Program-made: the position numbers and the translations under genes | In this document: one piece after another, positions 9,721 to 19,425 of the stretch | Layout: each line of letters begins with the position of its first letter | Numbering within the stretch: position 1 is the stretch's first letter | The notes under the pieces: model-generated | Seen by the model: the letters and a program-made list of their open reading frames with translations, nothing else | The model's database searches: none | Told to the model about the DNA's origin: nothing | Assembly (NCBI GenBank): GCA_963705305.1 | Contig: OY970067.1 | Location: 5,280,001-5,344,000 of the forward strand | DNA from: an uncultured Methylomirabilota bacterium | GTDB taxonomy: Bacteria > Methylomirabilota > Methylomirabilia > Methylomirabilales > 2-02-FULL-66-22 | Length of the DNA: 64,000 bases | Reading direction: 5' to 3'

Positions 9721-10215
9721 ATGCGCGTGCTCGGAATCGACCCGGGATCGATGGCTACAGGCTACGGCATCGTCGAGGCGCACGGGAGCAGCCTTCAGGC
9801 GGTCGCCTTCGGCGCCATCACGTCCCCGGCGAAACTCTCATTCAGCCAGCGCCTCCTTCGCATCCACCAGGAACTTCGCGCCCTCCTCTCCCAGACTCGA
9901 CCGGACTGCGCCGCAGTGGAGGCGGTCTTTTTCGCCAAGAACGTCCAGAGCGCGCTGCGGTTGGGACAGGCGCGGGGCGTTGTCCTCTTGACGCTGGCCC
10001 AGGAGGCCGTGGAAGTGCACGAGTACTCGGCGCTGGAGGTCAAGCAGGCCGTCACCAGCTACGGCCATGCCCAGAAGGAGCAGGTGCAGGAGATGGTGCG
10101 CCTGCTGCTCAATCTGGCGGAGGCGCCCCATCCCGCCGATGCCGCCGACGCCCTGGCCGTGGCCATCTGCCATCATCATGCCGCCCGCTTGCGCGCGCGC
10201 CTGAGGAATGGCTGA
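9721..10215 (+). CDS. ruvC: Holliday junction resolvase RuvC
   Basis: [30 protein letters not shown]. Confidence 0.95.
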   Translation: MRVLGIDPGSMATGYGIVEAHGSSLQAVAFGAITSPAKLSFSQRLLRIHQELRALLSQTRPDCAAVEAVFFAKNVQSALRLGQARGVVLLTLAQEAVEVHEYSALEVKQAVTSYGHAQKEQVQEMVRLLLNLAEAPHPADAADALAVAICHHHAARLRARLRNG

Positions 10216-10827
10216 ATGATTGCCCGGATCCGGGGACGCCTGGCCAGCAAGGAGCCTCACCGCGTGGTGGTGGATGTCAACGGGGTGGGGTACCTGCTCC
10301 ACATTCCCCTCTCGACGTTCTACCAGCTCCCCGAGGTCCCGGCGGAGGTCTGCCTGCACACCTACACCCACGTCCGCGAGGACGCCATCCAGCTTTTCGG
10401 GTTTCACAGCCAGGAGGAGCAGGCCCTGTTCGAGCTTCTTCAGGGCGTGGCGGGCATCGGTCCCCGGCTGGCCACCAACATCCTCTCGGGGATCTCGGTG
10501 GAGGAACTGGTCCCGGCCCTGTCCGACGGCGATGTCGCCCGGCTGCGGGCCGTCCCCGGGGTGGGGAAGAAGCTGGCAGAGCGGCTGGTGGTGGAGCTGC
10601 GGGAAAAGGCGGCCGCCACTCGCCGGGCGCCGGCGGCCCCCCAGGCGGGCCCGGCGGCCGTCGGGGACCGCGTGGTGGACGATGTGGTGTCGGCCCTGGT
10701 GAATCTGGGGTGCAACCGGAAGGAGGCCGCCAAGGCGGCCGAGGCGGCACGCCAGGAGCTGGGGGCGGCCGCCGAGTTCGAGGCCCTCATCAAGGCCGCC
10801 CTCCGCGGGCTCGGCGAAAGCCGCTGA
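10216..10827 (+). CDS. ruvA: Holliday junction branch migration protein RuvA
   Basis: [36 protein letters not shown]. Confidence 0.95.
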   Translation: MIARIRGRLASKEPHRVVVDVNGVGYLLHIPLSTFYQLPEVPAEVCLHTYTHVREDAIQLFGFHSQEEQALFELLQGVAGIGPRLATNILSGISVEELVPALSDGDVARLRAVPGVGKKLAERLVVELREKAAATRRAPAAPQAGPAAVGDRVVDDVVSALVNLGCNRKEAAKAAEAARQELGAAAEFEALIKAALRGLGESR

Positions 10828-10945
10828 GACAGCAGAATGGAAAATGTAAAACCGACAATGCAAAACCGACGACCGGTCAACCGCGGTCCGGAAATTGGCC
10901 GGTTTTAAATGGTCAGTTGTCGGTTTTCAATTGTCTTTTGTCTCA
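10825..10945. repeat. AT-rich long imperfect hairpin built from heptamer repeats
   Basis: Left arm AATGGAA AATGTAA AACCGAC AATGCAA AACCGAC; right arm TTAAATG GTCAGTT GTCGGTT TTCAATT GTCTTTT; closed by TGAGACA/TGTCTCA; inner stem ACCGGTCAA/TTGGCCGGT. Confidence 0.7.
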
Positions 10946-10952
10946 AGAGCCC

Positions 10953-11987
10953 ATGACCGATCACATCATGACCCGGCAGCGCCTGGATGAGGACCAACAG
11001 GTCGAGCAGACCCTGCGCCCGATCCGCTGGGAGGACTACGTCGGCCAGGACAAGGTCAAGGAGAATCTCCACGTCTTCATCCAGGGGGCCCGCGCCCGCA
11101 ACGAGGCGCTGGACCACGTACTGTTCTACGGCCCGCCGGGGCTGGGGAAGACCACCCTGGCGTACATCATCGCCTCCGAGCTGGGCGTCAGCATCCGCCC
11201 CACCTCGGGTCCCGTGATCGAGCGGCCCAAGGACCTGGCGGCCATCCTGTCCAACCTGCAAGAGCGGGATGTCCTGTTCGTGGACGAGATCCACCGGCTG
11301 AACCCCACGGTCGAGGAGACGCTGTATCCGGCCATGGAGGACTACAAGCTGGACCTCATCATCGGCCAGGGGCCCAGCGCCCAGACCTACAAGCTGACCC
11401 TCCCCCACTTCACGCTCATCGGGGCCACTACGCGGGCCGGCCTTCTCACGTCGCCCCTGCGGGACCGCTTCGGCGTCGTGCAGCGCCTCGACTTCTACAC
11501 GGACGAGGATCTGCTGAAGATCATCACCCGCTCGGCCGGCATCCTGAACGTCTCCGTCACGCCCGAGGGGGCCTGGGAGCTGGCCCGGCGCTCGCGGGGG
11601 ACGCCCCGGGTGGCGAACCGGCTGCTCCGGCGGGTCCGCGACTTTGCCCAGGTTCTGGGCGACGGGAGGATCGACGCGCAGGTGGCGCGCCATGCCCTGG
11701 AGCGGCTGGAAGTGGACGAGCGCGGCTTCGACGAGATGGACCGCCGCATCCTCACGACCATCATCGAGAAGTTCTCGGGCGGCCCGGTGGGAATCGAGAC
11801 CCTGGCGGTCGCCGTGAGCGAGGAGCGGGACACCATCGAGGACGTGTACGAGCCCTTCCTCATCCAGCTCGGCTTCCTGGCGCGGACCCCGCGGGGGCGG
11901 GTGGCCACCCCGCTGGCCTACGCCCATTTCCGGCTGGCCCCTCCCAGCGGCCCGCAGGGGGATCTCTGGCCGGGGACGCCCCGCTGA
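10953..11987 (+). CDS. ruvB: Holliday junction branch migration helicase RuvB
   Basis: [50 protein letters not shown]; start at MTDHIM. Confidence 0.95.
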   Translation: MTDHIMTRQRLDEDQQVEQTLRPIRWEDYVGQDKVKENLHVFIQGARARNEALDHVLFYGPPGLGKTTLAYIIASELGVSIRPTSGPVIERPKDLAAILSNLQERDVLFVDEIHRLNPTVEETLYPAMEDYKLDLIIGQGPSAQTYKLTLPHFTLIGATTRAGLLTSPLRDRFGVVQRLDFYTDEDLLKIITRSAGILNVSVTPEGAWELARRSRGTPRVANRLLRRVRDFAQVLGDGRIDAQVARHALERLEVDERGFDEMDRRILTTIIEKFSGGPVGIETLAVAVSEERDTIEDVYEPFLIQLGFLARTPRGRVATPLAYAHFRLAPPSGPQGDLWPGTPR

Positions 11988-11993
11988 GGGGAG

Positions 11994-12021
11994 AGAGGTT
12001 CGAGGTTGACGGTTGTCGGCC
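11994..12021. repeat. Heptamer tract downstream of ruvB
   Basis: AGAGGTT CGAGGTT GACGGTT GTCGGCC; same family as the GTCGGTT units upstream of ruvB. Confidence 0.5.
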
Positions 12022-12082
12022 GGCACGGGATGGGCCCGACTCCTACTTCGGATAGCGCGTTACGTACGCAACGGTCAATTTC

Positions 12083-12310
12083 ATGATCCCGGGAATGGAC
12101 TCGTTCGGCAAGATGCTGATCCTCTTCGGGGTGATCCTGATCCTCGTGGGAGGGGTGATCCTTTTGGCCGGAAAGATCCCCTTCCTGGGACGGCTGCCCG
12201 GCGACATCCTGATCCGTCGCAAGAACTGGAGCGTCTACTTCCCCCTGACGACCTGCATCCTCATCAGCATCGTGCTCTCCATGCTCTTCTACTTCTTCGG
12301 GCGGCGATGA
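12083..12310 (+). CDS. Small membrane protein, DUF2905-like
   Basis: Two TM helices around GRLPGDI..YFPLTTCILIS; usual ruvB-downstream position. Confidence 0.85.
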   Translation: MIPGMDSFGKMLILFGVILILVGGVILLAGKIPFLGRLPGDILIRRKNWSVYFPLTTCILISIVLSMLFYFFGRR

Positions 12311-13485
12311 CCAGGCGGTCTCAGGCGCTGGCGGGACGACGCATCACTCCGAGCCTCCTGCTGGCCCTCCTCGCCTGCGTGGGGGTGTGGGGAGAATCGG
12401 TCCCGGCCGCTGCCGAGACCGTGCGGGTGCTGGTGGCGGAGAACCGGCCGGCCTTTTCGGTGGCCAGCAGCGGCGGCCTCACTGTGACCGACACCACAGG
12501 CCGCCACATTCTGGCCCAGCGGGCCGACGGCCGGCCTCTCCGGCTGGCTCCCCAGCGGGGGAATGTCCTGGTGCGGGAGATGGGAACGGGGGCGCCCATC
12601 CTGCTGGTCTGGCCGGGCCGCACGCCCACGGTGGGACTGGACGGGCAGCCGTACCGGGGCCGGCTCGAGATCCACCCCGTGAACGGCAGCCTGCTGGCGG
12701 TGGACGTGGTGGAGCTGGAGGAGTACCTTCAGGGCGTCCTGAAGGACGAGATTCCCCCGGGGTGGCCCGCCGAGGCGATCAAGGCCATGGCCGTGACGGC
12801 CCGGACGTACGCCGTCTACCGGATCCAGCAGGACCCGACCGCCCTGTTCAACGTCCGCGCCACGACCGCCTCCCAGGTCTACGGGGGGGCCGCCGACGAG
12901 GATCCTCGGACAACCTGGGCCGTGCAGGCCACGCGGGGCCAGATCCTCACGATCAACGGGGAGCCCATTCCGGCCTTCTATCACTCCTGCTCGGGCGGGG
13001 CCACCGAGGACGCGCAGGACGTCTTCGGGCTGAACTTCGACACCGTCTTCGGCGTCCGGGACGACTTCAGCCTGAACTGCCCCTACGCGCTGTGGATCGA
13101 GCGGCTGACCGCGTCGCAGATCGAGACGGCCCTCCGGCAGGCCGGGTACCCGGTGGGTCGAATCCTGCGCATCCAGGATCTGCTGCGCAGCCGGACGGGA
13201 CGCATCGTTCGCATCGCCGTCCAGCACAGCCGGGGCACCCTGATTCTGGAGGGGAAACGGTTCCGCGAGGCCCTGGGGAACGACCTCATCCGCAGCACCG
13301 ATTTCGCCGTGCGTCCCGACGGCGACGGCTTTACGTTCGTCGGGAGAGGCTGGGGGCACGGCGTGGGGTTGAGCCAGTGGGGCGCCAAGGAGATGGCGGA
13401 TCTCGCCTATCAGTACCAGAACATCCTGAAGTTCTACTTTCCCCTGGCCCAGCTTCGGATGATGAATCCCTCACAACGGCGCTGA
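12307..13485 (+). CDS. SpoIID/LytB domain protein (lytic transglycosylase-like)
   Basis: ELEEYLQGVL..E, EAIKAMAVTARTYA, SQVYGG, FYHSCSGG, GWGHGVGLSQWGA. Confidence 0.9.
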   Translation: MTRRSQALAGRRITPSLLLALLACVGVWGESVPAAAETVRVLVAENRPAFSVASSGGLTVTDTTGRHILAQRADGRPLRLAPQRGNVLVREMGTGAPILLVWPGRTPTVGLDGQPYRGRLEIHPVNGSLLAVDVVELEEYLQGVLKDEIPPGWPAEAIKAMAVTARTYAVYRIQQDPTALFNVRATTASQVYGGAADEDPRTTWAVQATRGQILTINGEPIPAFYHSCSGGATEDAQDVFGLNFDTVFGVRDDFSLNCPYALWIERLTASQIETALRQAGYPVGRILRIQDLLRSRTGRIVRIAVQHSRGTLILEGKRFREALGNDLIRSTDFAVRPDGDGFTFVGRGWGHGVGLSQWGAKEMADLAYQYQNILKFYFPLAQLRMMNPSQRR

Positions 13486-13577
13486 GCGCAGCCCGGGCGG
13501 GCAACGGGGCTCCCGGACGGTCCGGCTGCCAGATCGCCCCACTGCGTGACCGCCCGATTCGCGGAAAGTCCCCCGAC

Positions 13578-14693
13578 ATGCGTCTGAGCGATTTCGACTA
13601 CCATCTGCCCCCCGAGCTCATCGCCCAGGAGCCCGCGCCCGAGCGCGATGCCTCCCGGCTTTTGGTGCTCGAGCGCGCCGGCGGGGCGCTGCACCATCGC
13701 CGCTTCTCGGATCTCCCGGAATACCTGCGGCCTGGGGACGTGCTCGTCATCAACGAGACGAAGGTGATTCCGGCCCGGCTGTTCGGCCGGCTCGAGGACG
13801 GCCGGTCCGTCGAGCTCTTGCTGGTGCGGCCGGTCTCCCTGCGCCCCCTCTCCCCCGTCGCGCCGCCCGAGGCCGGCGCGGTCCGGGACGCGGCCGCCGA
13901 CGAGTGCTGGGAGGCGCTGGCCAAGCCGGCCAGACCGGTGCGGGAGGGCCGGACGGTGACTGTCGCCGACGGGCGCCTCAGCCTGACGGTGGCCGCCCGC
14001 GGTCGCTACGGGCGCCGCGTCCTCCGGCTGCCGGCCGGGGCGGACCTCCCGGCCGTCCTGGAGACCCACGGGGCCGTGCCGCTCCCCCCGTACATCCGGC
14101 GCGCCGCCGCGGACCGCGAGCCGGACGGCGGGCAGGGGCGGCGGGACCGCGACCGGTACCAGACCGTGTACGCGAAAGAGGCGGGGGCGGTGGCGGCCCC
14201 CACCGCGGGCCTGCACTTTACCCCCGCGCTCCTCGATCGCATCCGAGCCATGGGAGTCTCCATCCGCCCGCTCACGTTACACGTCGGCCCCGGCACTTTC
14301 CAGCCCGTCCGGGTGGAGGAGATCGCCCACCACCGGATGGAAGCAGAGCCGTACACCATCCCCGCTGACACGGCCCAGGCGGTCCGCGCGGCACACCGGG
14401 AGGGGCGGCGCGTCGTCGTCGTGGGCACGACCTGCGTGCGGGCCCTGGAATACGCCGCCGATTCCCACGACGTGGTGCGGGCCGGATCGAGCGAAGCCGA
14501 CCTCTTCATCCGGCCGGGGCACCGGTTCCAGGTGGTGGACGCGCTGGTGACCAACTTCCACCTGCCCCGCTCCACGCTGCTCATGCTGGTGACCGCCTTT
14601 GCCGGCCTGGAGACCATCCGCCGCGCCTACGACGAGGCCGTTGCACGGGGCTACCGGTTTTATAGTTATGGCGACGCCATGCTCATCCTTTAA
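13578..14693 (+). CDS. queA: S-adenosylmethionine:tRNA ribosyltransferase-isomerase
   Basis: MRLSDFDYHLPPELIAQEP, PLPPYI, YQTVYA, AAPTAGLHFT, TNFHLP, YRFYSYGDAM. Confidence 0.95.
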   Translation: MRLSDFDYHLPPELIAQEPAPERDASRLLVLERAGGALHHRRFSDLPEYLRPGDVLVINETKVIPARLFGRLEDGRSVELLLVRPVSLRPLSPVAPPEAGAVRDAAADECWEALAKPARPVREGRTVTVADGRLSLTVAARGRYGRRVLRLPAGADLPAVLETHGAVPLPPYIRRAAADREPDGGQGRRDRDRYQTVYAKEAGAVAAPTAGLHFTPALLDRIRAMGVSIRPLTLHVGPGTFQPVRVEEIAHHRMEAEPYTIPADTAQAVRAAHREGRRVVVVGTTCVRALEYAADSHDVVRAGSSEADLFIRPGHRFQVVDALVTNFHLPRSTLLMLVTAFAGLETIRRAYDEAVARGYRFYSYGDAMLIL

Positions 14694-14706
14694 TTAGGCT
14701 GCTGCC

Positions 14707-15849
14707 ATGCATTTCGAGCTCTTGACCACCGATCCGACGGGCGCGCGGTGCGGCCGGATCCACACCGCGCACGGCAGCGTGGACACCCCCGTCTTCATGC
14801 CGGTCGGCACCCAGGCCACCGTGAAGACCGTGGAGCCGCGCGACCTGGCCGCGGAGGCGTGCGAGATCCTCCTCTGCAACACCTATCACCTCTACCTCCG
14901 CCCCGGGCATGACCTCATCCGGGACCTGGGTGGGCTGCATTGCTTCATGGGCTGGGACCGGGCCATCCTGACCGACAGCGGCGGATACCAGATCCTGAGC
15001 CTCGCCCTGCTCCGCCGTCTCGAGGAGGATGGGGTGACGTTCCAGTCGCACCTTGACGGCTCGCGCCACCTGCTGACGCCCGAGCGGGCGGTGGAGATCC
15101 AGCGGGCTCTGGGCGCGGACATCCTCATGGCGCTGGACGAGTGCCCGCCCCACGCGGCGGAATATGACTACCATCGCGCCTCCATGGAGCGCACGCTGCG
15201 CTGGGCCCGCCGCTGCCGGACGGCCCACCCGGCAGAGACGCCAGCGCTGTTCGGCATCGTGCAGGGGGGCACCCACCCGGACCTGCGCGCCCAATCCGCC
15301 GCGGAGCTTTGCGACATCGGCTTTGCCGGCTACGCGCTGGGCGGCCTAGGCATCGGCGAAGGTCCGGCCGCCATGTACGAGACCGTGGAACGCACGACGC
15401 CCCTCCTTCCGGCCGGCGCCCCGCGTTACCTGATGGGCGTGGGAACCCCGCAGGACCTGCTGGAATGCATCGGCCGCGGCGTGGACATGTTCGACTGCGT
15501 CCTTCCCACCCGCAACGCGCGCAACGGCACCCTCTTCACCGGCAGCGGCCGGATCAACATCAAGGGGGCCGCCTACGCGCGGGATGAGCGGCCGGTGGAG
15601 GCCGGCTGCACGTGCTACACGTGCGCCCATTTCTCCCGGGCCTACCTGCGCCATTTGTACGTGGCCGGCGAGATCCTCGGTCTTCGCTTGAACACCATCC
15701 ACAATCTGCATTACTATGTGGGCCTTATGCGCCACGCCCGGCAGGCCATCCAGGCCGGGGCGTTCGCCGCGTGGCGGGACGAAACGCTGGCGCGTCTTTC
15801 AACCGATTTCACAACCCCACGTCACACACAGGAGAGCCATGATGACTGA
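14707..15849 (+). CDS. tgt: tRNA-guanine transglycosylase
   Basis: TPVFMPVGT, NTYHL, TDSGGYQ, GIVQGG, DMFDCVLPTRNARNG, CTCYTC..H Zn site. Confidence 0.95.
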   Translation: MHFELLTTDPTGARCGRIHTAHGSVDTPVFMPVGTQATVKTVEPRDLAAEACEILLCNTYHLYLRPGHDLIRDLGGLHCFMGWDRAILTDSGGYQILSLALLRRLEEDGVTFQSHLDGSRHLLTPERAVEIQRALGADILMALDECPPHAAEYDYHRASMERTLRWARRCRTAHPAETPALFGIVQGGTHPDLRAQSAAELCDIGFAGYALGGLGIGEGPAAMYETVERTTPLLPAGAPRYLMGVGTPQDLLECIGRGVDMFDCVLPTRNARNGTLFTGSGRINIKGAAYARDERPVEAGCTCYTCAHFSRAYLRHLYVAGEILGLRLNTIHNLHYYVGLMRHARQAIQAGAFAAWRDETLARLSTDFTTPRHTQESHDD

Positions 15850-16180
15850 TCTTGCCTACGCGCAGAGCGGCGCCGCGGGCGGACCGGCGGGCGGGGGCCT
15901 CAGCATGCTCATTCCCCTGGTCCTCATGTTCGCGGTCTTCTATTTCCTGCTGATCCGCCCCCAGCAGAGGAAGACGCGGAAGCACCAGGAGATGATCAAG
16001 GCCCTCAAGGTCGGCGATCGGGTCATCACCAGCGGCGGCCTGTGCGGCACCATCGTCAAGGGGGGCGACGCGCTGGTGGAGCTGGAGATCGCCGACAAGG
16101 TCCGCGTGGAAGTCGGGCGAACCTACATCGCCGGGAAGGTGGAGTCGAAAGAGGGGAAGGAACTCGTCAAGGAGTCCTAG
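15839..16180 (+). CDS. yajC: Preprotein translocase subunit YajC
   Basis: FYFLLIRPQQRK, LKVGDRVITSGG; follows tgt. Confidence 0.92.
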   Translation: MMTDLAYAQSGAAGGPAGGGLSMLIPLVLMFAVFYFLLIRPQQRKTRKHQEMIKALKVGDRVITSGGLCGTIVKGGDALVELEIADKVRVEVGRTYIAGKVESKEGKELVKES

Positions 16181-16325
16181 CAGGCTGCTGAAAAAGGCCC
16201 ATCTGCGGACACCCAGCCTTCGGCCGGGTACCCGCCCGCTCGGGCACTCGCTGCGGCGTACCGGAAGTACGCCTCACTCGGCCCTTTGCGAGCCGCCTTG
16301 CATCTGGACCTTTTTGAGCAGCCTA
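16181..16325. mobile_element. Non-autonomous MITE-like element (about 145 bp)
   Basis: Terminal inverted repeats CAGGCTGCTGAAAAAGGCCCATCTGC and (reverse complement) TAGGCTGCTCAAAAAGGTCCAGATGC; flanked by CTAG and TTAA; near-identical left end recurs at 42143. Confidence 0.7.
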
Positions 16326-16522
16326 TTAAACGTTGCGGCCCCCTCGGCCTGCCCCTCCGTCGTCCTGCAGACAGCGGGGCGGCGGAGGGGGAGGCAGCAT
16401 CGGGACGCGAGTGCATCGAGTGGGGCAACCTGTCTCCCCCGATGGTCTGACCAGGAAGACTCAAGATCTTTTCCCGTTCGAAAAACCCCAGTCTCCGCAC
16501 GCAGTTATCGCCCTTCAACAAT

Positions 16523-16540
16523 TTGGTCCTCCCTTTGCAT
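16523..16540 (+). promoter_or_regulatory. Candidate sigma-54 (-24/-12) promoter of hydrogenase operon
   Basis: TTGGTCCTCCCTTTGCAT: GG(16525-6)-N10-GC(16537-8) with TTGCA at -12, in an AT-rich patch about 235 nt upstream of the first gene. Confidence 0.45.
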
Positions 16541-16774
16541 TCTAGGTAGGGTACAAACCGCGCCACACCACGACCCACGGCCGCATCGTGTAGGCACTCC
16601 GAAACCGATCGCGCTCCCGTGAGAATCCTCAGTGGTGTCCGATCGACCGCGGGCGATGGCAGCCATCGTCATCGGAAGGATGATGTGGTCTGCCACGGCA
16701 TGGCGTGGCGCGCCAAGCCGCCTGCGGCGGACAGGTGGGCCGTATTCGGCGGCCTGCTGGAGGTGGGAGAGACC

Positions 16775-17365
16775 ATGATCGAATATGCCGTGCTGGTCGT
16801 CGGTGTCCTGGTGTGTGCCTACCGCGCCATGCGCGCCAAGCGCATCCTGGCCTCGACCCTGTACCTGGCCTGTGTGAGCGCCATGACGGCCATCATGCTG
16901 TATCTCCTGGGCGCCTACCAGGTCGCCGTGATCGAGCTCAGCGTGGGTGCCGGCCTCGTCACCGTTCTGCTGGTCTACGCCATCAGCGTGGTGGGGGACG
17001 ATGCGACGGATCTCAGGACCCTCATCCCCCGGCCGCTGGCCATCTCGGTCGCCCTGGCGTCGGCCTTGCTGGTCGGGTGGATGGCCTTTTCTTTGCCGGG
17101 ACAACTCGCCGCCACCCCCACTCCGCCCCTGGTGCAGACCCTGTGGGGGCAGCGCGTGCTGGATGTCTGGATCCAGATGGTCCTGATCTTCGCGGGGGTG
17201 CTCGGCATCCTGGGGCTCCTGGCGGAGGCACGGGGCCCACGCGGGCATGCCGCCTCCCAGATCCAGCAGCCGCGAACCGTCAAGATCGCGCCTCCCACCG
17301 TGTGCGCGCTCCCCGGCGGTGAGCCCGGTGAGGCCCGAGTCATCCGCGACGAGGTGCAGGTATGA
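16775..17365 (+). CDS. Hydrogenase membrane subunit, NuoJ/MbhD (DUF4040)-like
   Basis: Start MIEYAVL after GGAG; LGAYQVAVIELSVGAGLVTVLL motif; about 5 TM segments. Confidence 0.7.
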   Translation: MIEYAVLVVGVLVCAYRAMRAKRILASTLYLACVSAMTAIMLYLLGAYQVAVIELSVGAGLVTVLLVYAISVVGDDATDLRTLIPRPLAISVALASALLVGWMAFSLPGQLAATPTPPLVQTLWGQRVLDVWIQMVLIFAGVLGILGLLAEARGPRGHAASQIQQPRTVKIAPPTVCALPGGEPGEARVIRDEVQV

Positions 17366-17673
17366 CACTCTCACCCTTTCATGTGGTCCTGGCCGGCGTG
17401 ATCGGCCTGTTCGGCGTGGGCTGCTACGGGCTCCTGATCACCCGGAACCTGATCAAAGTGGTGATCGTCCTCCAGGTGCTGGTCAAGGCCGCCGTGCTGG
17501 CCCTGGTCCTGGCGGGGCAGGTCGGGGGGCGACTGGGTACCGGGCAAAGCCTGGCAGCCACGGTCATCGTCGCCGACACCATGGTGGCGGTGGTCGGCCT
17601 GGCCCTGGCCGTCCAGATTCGGCGACGCTTCGGCACGGTGGACGTGTCGGCTCTCTCCACACTTCGAGGATAG
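17362..17673 (+). CDS. Hydrogenase membrane subunit, NuoK/MrpC-like
   Basis: 103 aa, 3 TM, RNLIKVVI, VGLALAVQIRRRFGTVDV..LRG like the NuoK C-terminus. Confidence 0.85.
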   Translation: MTLSPFHVVLAGVIGLFGVGCYGLLITRNLIKVVIVLQVLVKAAVLALVLAGQVGGRLGTGQSLAATVIVADTMVAVVGLALAVQIRRRFGTVDVSALSTLRG

Positions 17674-17675
17674 CG

Positions 17676-19424
17676 ATGGCACAGTGGCTGATTCTCCTCA
17701 CCATCGGGCTGCCCTGGCTGGGAGCCCTGGCAGCCTGGCTGACGCGGAACGAGCGCGAGCATGCCCAGCATGCCCTGGCGGTCGGGTTCAGCGTCGCCGC
17801 CGGCCTGGCCGCGCTGGCCCTGATTCCCCATGCCGGCAGCGGCGTGGCCCTGCGGATCCCCATCGGCGGCCCGTTCGGGGACATGACGTTCGTGGCCGAC
17901 GGCCTGGGCGTCTTCCTGGCCGCGATCGCCACCGTCATCGGCAGCCTGGCCGTCATCTTCTCGGTGGATTACATGCGGGGCGACCCGCAGATCGGCCGCT
18001 ACTACAGCCAGGTCCTGCTCTTCATCGGGGCCATGGCGGGCCTGGTGCTCAGCAACAGCCTGCTGTTCCTGTTCTTCTTCTGGGAGATCACCGCCCTCTG
18101 CTCGTACGCCCTCATCTCCTACTACAGCGACGATCCCAAGGCGGTGCGGGCCGGCATCGAGGCCCTGATCATGACCCAGCTGGGCGGCGTGGGCCTCCTG
18201 GGCGGGGCCCTGCTGACGTACGCCACCCTGGGCACGTACGAGATCGACGCCTTCCTCCGGGGCGCCGGCACGCTGGCGCCGACCACGCTGGCCTGGATGG
18301 CGTTCGGGTTCCTGGCGGCGGCGGCGGCCAAGTCGGCCCAGTTCCCCTTCCAGACCTGGCTGCCGGACGCCATGGAGGCCCCGACGCCCGTGTCCGCCCT
18401 CATCCATGCCGCCACCATGGTCAACGCCGGGGTCTATCTCCTGGCCCGCTTCTACCCGGCCTTTGCCCCCGTCCCCGGCTGGAAGACGGCGGTGGTCGCC
18501 GTGGGGGTGATCTCGGCCCTGATCACCGCGTGCATGGCCCTGGTCGCGCCGGACCTCAAGCGCGCGCTGGCCTACTCGACGGTGAGCCAGCTCGGATACA
18601 TGGTGTACGCCGTGGGCGTCGGAGGAATTCTGGCCAGCCAGCTCCACCTCTTCAGCCACGCCATCTTCAAGGCGCTGCTCTTCCTGGGGGCCGGGGCCGT
18701 GATCCACGCCGTGGGCACCCGCGACATGCGCCAGATGGGGGCCCTGGGCCGGCGCATGCCCTTCGTGCGCAGCGTGTTCGTCATCGGCGCCCTGGCCCTC
18801 GCCGGGCTCCCCATCCTGAACGGCTTCTGGAGCAAGGAGCTGGTGCTGGAGGCGGGAATCGCCGGCGGTCCGGGGTGGGCGGTCGCGGGCATGGTGCTGG
18901 GAGCGGGGCTGACCGCCTGCTACACCTTCCGCATGGTCTGGATGGTCTTCTACGGGGAGGCGCGGAGTCAGCTCCACGCCCACGATGCCACGCCCGCCAT
19001 GCGCATCTCCCTCTGGCTGCTGGCCGCCGGGACGCTCACCAGCTGGCTCCTGGCGGGCCCCTTCTCGCACCTCCTGGAGTCCACCCTGCCGTTCCACCGG
19101 TTGCACGCCCTCTCGACGGCCGGCATGGTGACGGAGATCCTCGAGGCGCCGGCCACCTGGACCGCCCTGGGCGTCATCGCCCTCGGCCTGCTGGCCTGGT
19201 GGGGGCGGGCTGGTCTGGCCTGGCTCACCGGGTCGCTGGATTGGCTCGGCGAGGCGGCTTCGCACAGCTTCGGGTTCGAGTGGATAAACCGGCGGGTCGT
19301 CGCCGCGACGCGGGACACCGCCGATGCGCTGCGCGTCACCCAGTCCGGCCTCCTGAGCTGGAACGTGCTGGGAATCCTGGGGGGGCTGGTGGTCATTCTC
19401 ATCCTCCTCGCATGGGGCGCCTGA
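17676..19424 (+). CDS. Antiporter-like subunit, NuoL/MrpA-like
   Basis: FFWE, AKSAQFPFQTWLPDAMEAPTPVSALIHAATMVNAG, LAYSTVSQLGYM, HAIFKALLFL, GFWSKE. Confidence 0.9.
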   Translation: MAQWLILLTIGLPWLGALAAWLTRNEREHAQHALAVGFSVAAGLAALALIPHAGSGVALRIPIGGPFGDMTFVADGLGVFLAAIATVIGSLAVIFSVDYMRGDPQIGRYYSQVLLFIGAMAGLVLSNSLLFLFFFWEITALCSYALISYYSDDPKAVRAGIEALIMTQLGGVGLLGGALLTYATLGTYEIDAFLRGAGTLAPTTLAWMAFGFLAAAAAKSAQFPFQTWLPDAMEAPTPVSALIHAATMVNAGVYLLARFYPAFAPVPGWKTAVVAVGVISALITACMALVAPDLKRALAYSTVSQLGYMVYAVGVGGILASQLHLFSHAIFKALLFLGAGAVIHAVGTRDMRQMGALGRRMPFVRSVFVIGALALAGLPILNGFWSKELVLEAGIAGGPGWAVAGMVLGAGLTACYTFRMVWMVFYGEARSQLHAHDATPAMRISLWLLAAGTLTSWLLAGPFSHLLESTLPFHRLHALSTAGMVTEILEAPATWTALGVIALGLLAWWGRAGLAWLTGSLDWLGEAASHSFGFEWINRRVVAATRDTADALRVTQSGLLSWNVLGILGGLVVILILLAWGA

Positions 19425-19425
19425 C

